DNA of 64,000 nt from Eukaryota sp. GEM-RC1 (taxonomy: Eukaryota), in assembly GCA_040285855.1 (NCBI GenBank), contig JAUFOQ010000017.1, positions 992,001 to 1,056,000 on the forward strand, written 5' to 3'. Below are positions 51,539 to 61,862 of this stretch, piece by piece. Position 1 is the stretch's first letter. Every line of letters begins with the position of its first letter. The notes under the pieces are model-generated. The model was not told the DNA's origin. It saw nothing but the letters and a program-made list of their open reading frames with translations, and searched no databases. The translations under genes and the position numbers were made by a program.

Positions 51539-51999
51539 AATAGGGGCTCACAAATGTTTTTGGACTTTTACTGTGAGCACGTCTTTGCGAGGTAGACCAA
51601 AAATCAAAAAAATTGACCTGGTGATGTTGGCAGTACTACAAACCTTCCTATTTCGACCATCTTCCAACTCCTCCCACTCTTGTGTTCGCATTTTTCTATG
51701 TATGAGATTCAGATACAATATTGTATCGCTCTTTTCAGGAACACTGACAACAGCTTTCCTGACTAGCATTCTCCTCATCAATGACATAAATTCTCCAATT
51801 CTGAGATGTATTCCAAGTTGGAGTTTCCAACACCAACATACATATAAAATTACATATTACATATTAAGACAACTACTTTCTTGACAGATTTCTTGTTTTA
51901 TTTCACTCGATTATTATGCGTTTATAATGGAAGCCACAAACAGTGGTTAATTTTATGGCACAGAAAGATGTTCTATAGAATCCAATTCTATAAAGATCT

Positions 52000-52800
52000 T
52001 CACATTATATCAATACTTCTCATAACTTCTCCCTTTAAATCTCGGAAAACCCACCGATCACCTGATACTGCTCGTACAAACTTTCCAGCATGTTGTCCAT
52101 CTTTTGCTATGCCAGTTTCTATTCCATCCATATATATGGTATTCTTAACAAAAATAAAAGATTTTGCAGATGAAGAAGAAACTAATGTTATAACAGCGTC
52201 AGCATTTAGACCAAGGAAACGCCTTGAGCTTGGATCCATGACCGTTTTATTGCTAGGGAAGTACACAAATGTCTGGTGTGTGTATAGCTGGAGAGTCAGG
52301 AAGGGACGATCTCCAGGAGTTAATGAGAGGAAGACATTATTGTTATCGCGATTGACAATGGAGAGAGTAATCCCTGGATCCATTGCTTTGATGTCCTGAA
52401 GCAATGACTGACTTGACTTTTGTATTGAATGAAGTCGCTGTATGAGTGAAGGAGAAACAGCCAGCTTCCTTAAGTCAGTGTCAAGAGAGTTAAGAATGGT
52501 TTGAGAAGATTCCAACTTTTCTACTACGATTCCGACAGTACTCTGGGAGTTGGTTGGTAAAGATCGGGATACTAAAGCAACAATGATCAGAAAGCCAGCA
52601 ATGCCGATGAGAAAAACAGGTACTTCTAATCCACATAGCCTGAGAATAGCTATTAAGGTTAAGACGCATAGAAAGGACGAAAACAGAAGTGGTGAAGCAG
52701 TAAACATTGTGTAGCAGAAATAAGACCCAATGAACAACAAGAAGCCAAGCAGCAGCAGCTGTGTGGGATCCTTAAATAGTTTGAATGATGGAGCAGGCAT
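52000..52800 (-). CDS. Hypothetical membrane protein (3 N-terminal TM helices, coiled coil)
   Basis: Intact 266-aa ATG ORF; hydrophobic residues 15-78. Confidence 0.65.
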   Translation of the reverse strand: MPAPSFKLFKDPTQLLLLGFLLFIGSYFCYTMFTASPLLFSSFLCVLTLIAILRLCGLEVPVFLIGIAGFLIIVALVSRSLPTNSQSTVGIVVEKLESSQTILNSLDTDLRKLAVSPSLIQRLHSIQKSSQSLLQDIKAMDPGITLSIVNRDNNNVFLSLTPGDRPFLTLQLYTHQTFVYFPSNKTVMDPSSRRFLGLNADAVITLVSSSSAKSFIFVKNTIYMDGIETGIAKDGQHAGKFVRAVSGDRWVFRDLKGEVMRSIDIM

Positions 52801-53334
52801 TTGGGATGTATGTTATTGACTGAACCAAATTTTGACTAAAAGGGTTAGAGGTAAACTTCAAACATATCTTATATTTGTAGGACTTAAGGACACCCTTAGT
52901 TCCAGATCTTTCAGTCCAGTTAAACGTCAACACGAGAAGTGCTCCGACTTGAATAAATGGCACTTAAATATTCTGTAAAGCCATAATTACCAGTATATGT
53001 GGATGATGATGCACTGCAAATTGCATTCCACGTGATTGATGGAATGACAGTTTTTCAAATGGTAGACCTAGAATTGTGGAAAGAGAAGTTTGTTGGAGAC
53101 AATTCAGTCTCAAAATTTGGAAACGCTGAACGCAGTTTGCATACTGTACAACGTATTACAGTGTAGTTTAATTTATTACCTTAAAAATGGAAAATTAAAA
53201 CGTGCAAAGGCTAAGCGTTGCATGTTATGTGATGAAAACCTCCAGTCAGTCAGTATTGGGATAATTTTATAGTCTCTAAACATAATAAACTGAGAACTTC
53301 AATAATACATTTACTATCCCTGAGTATTAATCTT

Positions 53335-55113
53335 TCACTGATCTAACTGGACTTTAAGTTCGGATAATTCCTTAAAAGTCATACGATAACTGAGGTCAAT
53401 TTCAGCATGATGTATTTCCAAGTCTGCAAGCTTTTTGGCAGCTCCATCATTCATCTTTGCCCTTTTTTTCAGACGTTCCTTGTCACCTTCGTGTTGCTTA
53501 CATTGATGCTGATGGTGCATCTTTTGTTTAGCACATTCATCTTGAAGAGCTTCAACTTCCTTTCTTAATGAATCTGATTGATCCTGTTGTGCTGAACATA
53601 ACTTGGGGTAGAATTTGTGAGTCATGAATTTGCACATCATACTACTAAGAGCAGGGTCACTTAACAACTGGTAAATTGAATCAAGGAAGTGTTCTAGGTC
53701 AGATACGTTAGAAGGCAGGTTTATGGATTCAAGTACACTCATGAAATCAGCAATCAAATTTGATTGACTCTGTTTTGATTGATCTTGATTTTTCCAAAAG
53801 TGTACTAACTGCTTCACACCCCAACAAACATGATGATCATGAACTGATGAACAGATCCTGCTTAAAAGTGAAAAAGAAAAGGAAAAAACAGATTGATCAC
53901 CATCATTTCCAGAAATTTTCATAACATCATTCAGATTCAAAAGCAAATCATCAATAATCACGTCATCACTACGTTGATCGGACTGAGACAACATCCAAAG
54001 AAGCATATCGACTGGAACAAACTCTGGTGGAATACGTCCATTCAACAATTCTTTTGAGAGCTTGAACAGAACATCAGAAAAAATAGGTTTCTCAAATAAA
54101 GGCTTAGTGATCTCATAGAATATTTGAAGAGACTGGTGTTCCACGTTGGATAGACAAAGATTAAGAATCTTTTCAAGATCGTCGGGTTTTAAATCGTAAC
54201 TGTTAAGCACAAGACATTTGAGCAACCACCAAACGTCAACATCATGGGAGAATAAAGATGTGAAAACGTCCAAGTTGGAAAAAGATATAGGATGAATTGA
54301 GTCAGGAATGTAGGACATGGCAGGGAAAAAGCATGACTCTGTGAGGCACTTGGCTTCAGTGAGTGTACTTGATTGAAGAAAAGAAGCGAGTGGAGTGACA
54401 ATATCGTTGAGTGAGTAGATGAATTGTTCACAAGTATATTGGACGAAGGCAACACCAAAGAACAAAGAGAGAACTAGGAAGGAGAAAACATTCTCTAAAG
54501 TCAAAGAGATCGTTAAAGAGTTGTAAAAAGACGAGAAAAACTCGTCAAAGACGTCTACATTGACTGAAAACACGTCGGAGAAGGAGATTGCAGTGGGTTC
54601 ACTGGGTCGAGACCGAGACGGAGAAAATCGTTCAAGAAAGTAAGATGAATAGCCACATAAAGCAATGATGTGTGAATCGATGGTCGCTTTGTTGTAATGA
54701 AGGGATATGTCACGCTCCTTTTTAATTAAGAGTGATAAAAAAGTTGAACAAGAATTGGTGAAACTCAAAGTGGAGGCGCTGTCTTGCTTATCCTTGATGA
54801 ATTCGTTGAGTTGAGTGTAGCCAAGCTTCTGAGCCCACAAAGATTCGATCGAAGTGAGAAAGGTTGGAATTAAAACAGTTTCGCCGTAGAGTGACTGCAA
54901 AATCGAATGGATCTTTTCGATCTCTGGTGCACTACTGGCCAGGAACTTGAGATCTTCATTGAGGAGATGATCGAGACAGTTATCATTGAGAAAAAGCGAC
55001 AGAATAACCCGATGTGCACGGAACATGAGGGGACCTAAATAAATCTTAACGTCGGTCAGCTTGTGCTGTTTTTGGAGTTGAGTAATTCGAGCATAAAGTG
55101 AAGGGTTATCCAT
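53335..55113 (-). CDS. Tandem BTB/POZ-domain protein with C-terminal coiled coil
   Basis: LTDVKIYLGPLMFRAHRVILS and DISLHYNKATIDSHIIALCGYSSYF..LTLENVFSFLVLSLFFGV. Start taken at MDNPSL. Confidence 0.85.
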   Translation of the reverse strand: MDNPSLYARITQLQKQHKLTDVKIYLGPLMFRAHRVILSLFLNDNCLDHLLNEDLKFLASSAPEIEKIHSILQSLYGETVLIPTFLTSIESLWAQKLGYTQLNEFIKDKQDSASTLSFTNSCSTFLSLLIKKERDISLHYNKATIDSHIIALCGYSSYFLERFSPSRSRPSEPTAISFSDVFSVNVDVFDEFFSSFYNSLTISLTLENVFSFLVLSLFFGVAFVQYTCEQFIYSLNDIVTPLASFLQSSTLTEAKCLTESCFFPAMSYIPDSIHPISFSNLDVFTSLFSHDVDVWWLLKCLVLNSYDLKPDDLEKILNLCLSNVEHQSLQIFYEITKPLFEKPIFSDVLFKLSKELLNGRIPPEFVPVDMLLWMLSQSDQRSDDVIIDDLLLNLNDVMKISGNDGDQSVFSFSFSLLSRICSSVHDHHVCWGVKQLVHFWKNQDQSKQSQSNLIADFMSVLESINLPSNVSDLEHFLDSIYQLLSDPALSSMMCKFMTHKFYPKLCSAQQDQSDSLRKEVEALQDECAKQKMHHQHQCKQHEGDKERLKKRAKMNDGAAKKLADLEIHHAEIDLSYRMTFKELSELKVQLDQ

Positions 55114-55710
55114 AAAAACAAAGAAAATTAAATTTTTTACATCAAAAGGTCCAACAAAACCATTGCGCACAACAATTTGTACCAATTTCTGCCCTCTCAA
55201 GGGTTTTGCTCCCAATTAATCTAATTATCGTCATTAATTACAAACGAATCCCTGAAGTATGGAAGGTAATTCAACTCCACTTATATACAGTCTGCCCTGA
55301 ATAAAGTGTACCACTTTCGGTACACACTATGTCCAGGGCGGTTCTGTTTTAAAAAATTTCATTTACATGAAATTGATAGGTCTAAATCAATTCTGTGCAT
55401 GAATTTGTAGTCAACTGAACAAAAGAATATTCACAACAAGAGTCAACATATCACGGACTTCTAATTAGATTGCAGTTGATTGGTAGTTGTCTTTTGAACG
55501 ATAAAATTCAGAAAGGATTTTTTCTTCTAGAGACTCTTGTTTCCGTGTATTGCTATCGTAAAGGTGAAAGACCCAACAGTAGCAATTACTCCAAAGCAAC
55601 TCAGACGCATATTAGTAAAAGCATAAGATACGATAAACACGTGTCCAGAACAAATTTTGTGGGAAGTAAAATTCAAAAATGGTTTTCAAAAACTTTCATC
55701 TCTGAACACA

Positions 55711-57577
55711 ATGGACGAAATCAATCAAGCCAAAGGAAAGACTGAAAATGGAGACAACAACATTGATGCAACTCAAATGACAGAGTTTTGTTTGCTGCTC
55801 GCTCTCGATAAGGCAATGATGCTCTCCCCAGAAGCCAGAAAGAAAAAGAGCTTCCCTGCCGAGCAACTCGAGCAGATAAACAAGACCTTCACTGATGTTG
55901 TAGCTTATCTAAACTCTCTCCAAGACACTGCTCAACAGATCTTTTGTCTCAGATTGCTTCAGTTCATGATGTATCAGCGATCAGTTACTGGTGTTGGACA
56001 ACGATGTCGCTTAAGCTTCACTTTTCTTTTCCAAAAGCTCTCTTTTCACTTTCCAAAATCTTGTCTTGGGCTTCTTGAACTTGTGGTGTCTAAATATGGT
56101 TCTTTCGCCGACATCAACCGTTTAGCTCATATCTATATGGCAGAAAAGAAATCCGAAATCGTCGAACAACTTGCATCTGTTTACGCTTCACAGTTAAGAT
56201 CCGACCTCAAAGCACTCTTGGAACCTTTAGACCCCAGTACCCTCAGCCACTCCGATCTGCTCGAAGAATTGAAGAAACTCCTACAGAATCAAAAGGCAGG
56301 AGTCCGCCTTTCCCTTGCCGGCAAATGGCTTCCCAGACAAGGTCACGCAAACGATCGCTTCAGATTCTTCATCATTGATGCTCTGTGGGGTACCGATTTC
56401 TCCAAACAACCACCCGCCATCTCCAAGCGCTTGAACTTCTACGAGAAGTTGTACAGAGTGATGTGTTCCAGCCTTAACAAGCACCTCAACACTGTGGAGA
56501 CCTTGATGTGCAAAAAGGACTTCAGTTCTATTGACCCTGGCCACGTTCCTTCTGTAGCTCTGACTAAGATGCGAAAGGCTTTCCTCAATGAACTTGTCAA
56601 ACGCAGAGTTGATGATCAGTTTGATAGTACTGGTAACAGGCATCCTGGTGATGAAGACCGTGTGGCTTGTAGGCAGAAGTTCAGGGAGTACATGGCTTCG
56701 AAACGTGTTAAAGCTGCTGCTCAGGATCTCCACAACCTTGCAAAGCTAATCTTTAAAGATATTGACATACCCTTCAATGCTGAAGACGTGTTCTCCCCCT
56801 GAAGAACTTGCTGAAATGGACCTACGAGCTTTAGGATTAGCTAGAATGTCAACTGCTGAGAAGGAACTCATCAGCAACCAGTGGAACACCTTGAAGTTTG
56901 AAATGGAGAAGGTAATCACTGCTACTGAGAATGGTCGCCATGTTCTTCCAGTAATTGATGTGTCAGGATCAATGAGCGCAGCGAACGTAATGGACATTGC
57001 AATTGGTCTTGGAGTTTTATGTTCTCAGTTGTCATCCATCCCTAATCACTTCATTACTTTCCATGAGACTCCTTCTGTTGTTAGATTTGATCCCAATGAT
57101 GACGTGTTCTCCGTTTTTAAAGCTGTCAAGGCATCTTCCTGGGGAGAAAGTACTAACATTGATGCTTGTTGTGAGTTGTTGTTGAAGCTTTTGACTGACA
57201 CTAATGTACCCACTGATTACGTGTTCACCATCTTGATCCTTACTGACGGTCAGTTTGATCAACTCGTTGTCGATGACTCCACTTTCTATGAGAGAATGAA
57301 GGGAAGGTTTGAAGCTGCCGGGTATCCCCTACCTCGAATTGTCTTTTGGAATTTGAACGCTACAGCTCCAGGATTCCCTGTAAGTGGAAAGGAGCAAGGA
57401 GTTCAAATGGTTTCTGGGTATAGTCAATCATTGTTGAAGCAAGTGTTGTCTCAGGATTTTACTTTGGAGACTGTTAAGAATCTTACTCCTGAGCAAACTT
57501 TGAGAGAAGCATTGGAGAGTTTTGTAGATGTGGAGGAATGTGTCTTGCAAGTTGGAGAAGGAATCTTTGGGAAGTAG
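55711..57577 (+). CDS. DUF2828/VWA-domain protein, one +1 shift at C5 56795-56799
   Basis: SLAGKWLPRQG, TVETLMC..HVPSVA, VIDVSGSM, FITFHETP, WGESTN, LTDGQFD, GYPLPRIVFWNL, VSGYSQSLLK. Confidence 0.85.
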
Positions 57578-57889
57578 TGTATATTTTAATATTTCATAAA
57601 AACTCCCATGTTTTGTTTTTTATTCAATCCTTCTACTAGTACATGTATATATTCTGTCTAGATTCAAAACCCAAATTTATTGTGTCAATTATCACCAAGT
57701 TGTGTAAAACTGTGATGAGAATGACAGAAAATTCTGATGTTCTTTGTATAAACAATGTAGTTTTGTCTTGCTTATCTTCTTCGGGCCATCTTTATTCGGA
57801 ACACGATATTCATCTACTGGTATTAAAACATTCCCAATGAACTAAAGCTCAATGAAGATGGAAAGATAAATTTATACAAATAAAGATAG

Positions 57890-59065
57890 TTACAAACACT
57901 TCACATTAATAGTGTTTGGTACATTATACTGGCCCTTGGTTAAGAAAGCAACACACAAGTCCCCAAATCCAACCATATGACCTCCCTCTTTATTCTCCTC
58001 TGAAAAGACACCCAACTCCTTACCAGATACAACATCAATAAACACCACTTTGGTCTCCCACACAGGAACAGTTTGATCCCAGAAAGAGATTGCAACAACT
58101 TGTTTAGACGAAGAACCTGGAAAAACAACGTGACTTTGGAACAATCCCTTATCAACAGTTTTGAAGAACCTAGGCTCCAAATATCCATAAGGTGCAAGTT
58201 CAATGAATCCAAATCTAATAGGATTATTCTTACTACTTGTTGAACCTAATCCAAAGACCACAGAACCATCCTCAGTTGCAGAGAGGAACAGAATATCCTC
58301 GTAGAAGCCCAAGCGGAGGATTTTAAACTCAAACACCATAGAGGGACCAACTAAATGCCAACCTGTAATGAAATGGTAGTCATGTTGGTTGAAGTCGTAT
58401 TCTGCAGTGAACATGAGGTTGTTCTTTGGACTAGAAGCAGAGAAGCGAAGTCCTTGAATAGGTTGTGTCCAGATTGGGGTAAAGCTCTTGTGCATGTAGA
58501 TCACTGAGGAAGATGTGCTAAGGAGATAGCCATTGGCAGCTGGTAGTACGTCACCGCATCTATCAAGACTTTTTCTGGAGACTGTGGTTCCATCGTAGTT
58601 GACGCGACTGAGGACACGTTGATCACAAAAGATAACACCGGTTTCATCAGCAAGAGAGAAGAATGGGTTGACTGATGTTGTTTTAGCAATTGGCGTAAGG
58701 TCTTTGGATAGGAAATGGATGGAAGAATCGGCTCCTGGGAACTCAAATAGAACTAGAGTGGGGTTGGTTTTGGAAGGACAGTTGAGTATCCAAGCACCTC
58801 TAGAACGGATATTGGGACCTCTTTTCAAAAGCTTTCCTGTTGCAAGGTCGAGTTTCACTATCCCGTTATTTGTGTGGAAATAGAGCAGATCTCCAGAGAT
58901 GTATGCAGGAGAACTCCAGACTGAACGATCATGGGAATAAGTCCAGCTTTTTACGGAAGTAAGGGTTGAGTTAGAATAATTGGTGTTTTCTGGGACAATA
59001 CCGCGGCATCGATAGTCTGCAGAGATCGCTATGAGCAATAAGGAGAAGAGCAAGACTCCAATCAT
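57890..59065 (-). CDS. Secreted beta-propeller (PQQ/BamB-like) protein
   Basis: Signal peptide MIGVLLFSLLLIAISA; WSSPAY..LYFHT..IVKLDLATGKL and FIDVVSGKEL blade-like motifs. Confidence 0.6.
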   Translation of the reverse strand: MIGVLLFSLLLIAISADYRCRGIVPENTNYSNSTLTSVKSWTYSHDRSVWSSPAYISGDLLYFHTNNGIVKLDLATGKLLKRGPNIRSRGAWILNCPSKTNPTLVLFEFPGADSSIHFLSKDLTPIAKTTSVNPFFSLADETGVIFCDQRVLSRVNYDGTTVSRKSLDRCGDVLPAANGYLLSTSSSVIYMHKSFTPIWTQPIQGLRFSASSPKNNLMFTAEYDFNQHDYHFITGWHLVGPSMVFEFKILRLGFYEDILFLSATEDGSVVFGLGSTSSKNNPIRFGFIELAPYGYLEPRFFKTVDKGLFQSHVVFPGSSSKQVVAISFWDQTVPVWETKVVFIDVVSGKELGVFSEENKEGGHMVGFGDLCVAFLTKGQYNVPNTINVKCL

Positions 59066-59381
59066 GTGAAACAATTCTGGTAATTCTTAGTTCCAATTGC
59101 ACTAAGAGTTTTGAATCCTCATCAATCGTTATCATGAATAATGACCACATACAAGGACACACAGCTGTAGTGAGATTTACTAGGTGGTGTGTGTTATTTC
59201 AATGATGTTAGATTGGATATCTGCTTACTTATACAAAAGCTTTTGGTAAATACTTGAACTCGGTCCAATAAATTTTTGTGCTCGGGTGTAACAGTTTGCT
59301 CATGAGGTCATCTTAGAGACTCCTGTGATATAAGTTCATATCAAAATACGTTTGAAGAACTCAAAACTTTATAAGACTAAA

Positions 59382-60563
59382 TTAAGCACGTCCAAAGAAA
59401 GCATTCTTTTCTTCCTTAGTTTGGAAACGTCCATGACCAAGTTTAGAAGAAGTATCAATGAACTTGAGTTCGATTTCTTCAGTCAAAGCACGGCTAGAAG
59501 GAACAATCAGAGGTTGTCTAAGAGTAATTAAACGCTTCTTGGGTCCAGCGACACAACCTTTAAGCATCATCCAATCGTTTCTAATGATACCGTAATGGGG
59601 GAATCCACCAAGAGGAGTAATGTTCTTTTCAGTGAGATCGAAGGCAGTGGTAGCGCCCTTGGGATCTTCAGGAGTTCCCATTCTGTAGATTCTCTTGTTG
59701 ATATGGGTTCTGTGATGGAATCCACATTGACCGGCACGAGCAACGGAGTACATAACACGAGCAGGATGCCATGCACCAATACAAGCAACCTTGCGAAGAC
59801 CCTTGTTAGTCTTACGGGGAAGAATACTGACACCCCAACGGGTGACAGTGCCTTCAAAACCTTTACCCTTGGTGATAGTAATGGTGTCACAGGTAGCTCC
59901 AGATTGGAAAACTTGATCAACCTTAACAGACTTTTCGAATAAACCATAACCAAAATCAACCTTTTGTTCAATGGTTCCTCCATTAACTTGAATTTCCATA
60001 ATATGGGCTCTCTTTTGCTTGAGAGAAGTTAAATGGGGTTGAGTGTGAGCCAAAACACGGACAATCTTGCAGTACTTCTTGATCTTTCGGAGGTCTTCTT
60101 CGATTTCTTCGGGTCTATCAATGTACTTCTTTTCATAATGAGTGAAAGCCTTTTTCTTAGAGTTAGCCCAGTTTCTGTAGAAGCGTCTTTTACATTGAGC
60201 GGAAAGATGTTGAGCCCAAACGGTGGCCAATTGACGGAGACCTTTAGGGGTTTCAACATAACCAACAACACCAACAACGACCATGGGAGGAGTTTCGATG
60301 ATGGTGACGGCCTCAGCAACTTCCTTACGATGGAGCTTGGATCCGGGTCTGTTAACATCACGGACGATATGAGTCATACCAGCCTTGAAACCGGTGAAAG
60401 CTGTGAGATGAGGAGCATTAGATACATCATCCTTAGGGAAGGACTTCACCTTACCGCGACCTCTACGGCAACGCTTACGAGGTAAGAATCCAAGAGATCC
60501 ATGACGGGGAGCTTCAAACTGATATAAGTACTGATGGATCGATCAAACCTTTCTGTGTGACAT
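59382..60563 (-). CDS. RPL3: 60S ribosomal protein L3 (uL3), one 30-nt intron
   Basis: MSHRK / [16 protein letters not shown] ... [14 protein letters not shown] ... LGGFPHYG ... [13 protein letters not shown]. Confidence 0.99.
60519..60548 (-). other. 30-nt spliceosomal intron
   Basis: GTTTGATCGATCCATCAGTACTTATATCAG. Removal restores the conserved N-terminus MSHRKFEAPRHG. Confidence 0.97.
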
Positions 60564-60611
60564 TGGTAAAGGAAAAAAGACTGAATTGTGAAACCACAAC
60601 TTTTATGGCCA

Positions 60612-61157
60612 ATGACTTTTGAACCTTCTAGTCTTCTATCTCGTCTACGAACAACAGCTCAAATTCCTCTAAAAGATACCTTGAGGTCAGCCTCTCTTGG
60701 TAAATCCCCTGTAATACCCACTGCTACAAATAAATATACTCTATCTGAGACCGTTTCATCTGGTACTGCAAACTATGATAATGATGTCCAATATTCTCAT
60801 GATGAACCGCTCACTGTACAGTCAGACGTCTCTGAAAATAGTGTCTCTATTAGAAAGCCCATCAGCGTTCCCACTTCCAAACGTCCTCAACGTCGTCCTT
60901 CAAAGTCCAAAACTTCTACAAAAAGCAGAGATTCTGTGAAATCTGGCGTGCATGTTGACCTTACTGATTATCCCACAACATATCATCGAGAAACTCTTTC
61001 TGCTTCATCTAATATACGCCGTTCTCATTCAATTAGTGATCGTATACGGATACCCCGAGATATACCAGACAAACAAGTCATTAATATTGATCTCGACATT
61101 GAGATTGATGATTCATTCCCAGATACCAGCCGAATTTTAGACTTGCGGGATTATTAA
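60612..61157 (+). CDS. Hypothetical Ser/Thr/Arg-rich low-complexity protein
   Basis: 181-aa ORF from the first ATG, divergent from RPL3. Confidence 0.55.
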   Translation: MTFEPSSLLSRLRTTAQIPLKDTLRSASLGKSPVIPTATNKYTLSETVSSGTANYDNDVQYSHDEPLTVQSDVSENSVSIRKPISVPTSKRPQRRPSKSKTSTKSRDSVKSGVHVDLTDYPTTYHRETLSASSNIRRSHSISDRIRIPRDIPDKQVINIDLDIEIDDSFPDTSRILDLRDY

Positions 61158-61862
61158 CTCTTTCTAAATATGTTCTTTCTAACTTTTTAAAGAGTGGTAT
61201 CTGTGAGTTTGATTATTTATTTGATTTCGATGTTGGAGATCAGTTTGTATTTTAAATATTGTATTTGATTTCTGCGTGCATTGTACAGTAACTGTCCAGC
61301 TTTCTCTTTATTTAAACAAAGTACTGGTTTGTGATATGGAGATTAGTTTTGATTATTCTTTCTGATGTTCTTTTGCCATAATTTTCGTCCAGAAACAATC
61401 GTAATGTTACGCACTTGTTATCCAAATGGATCACAATGATTTGATTGATGATCCTATTCCTTTAGTTAGGATTGCTTTACTGTAATTGTTAGTCATTTCA
61501 ACACATCATCAGCATTATGTTTTTCTTCAGTGAGTGTTAGGTTAGATGTTGTTATCTCTCTTAACCATAGTTGTTAATAAATATCTTCCTTATAATAGAA
61601 TACACAGTACCGTATACTCAGCTTGATATTTGATTCAAAGTTTGAATTTCAAACGCATGTTTGAAAACATGGGTAAACCATTTTTCTTTTTTTAATTAAA
61701 GAAAAAGAAATTGTACTGGACTTTACTACAGTTGATCCTTGTAATTCTACTTCTACCAAAAAAAGTACTTAATGATGAATTTCCGGCCATTGATTACTAG
61801 TATGCTGAAGACAAGAAAGTTGTTCGATACATGGATTGTTTTGAAAAGTTAAACTCTCCAAG

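Noticed and set aside
59567..60485. Overlapping and antisense ORFs within RPL3 (and similar ones in the DRAM, LRR, Sec3 and DUF2828 genes)
   Set aside because: These are shadow ORFs produced by codon bias; they have no recognisable motifs.
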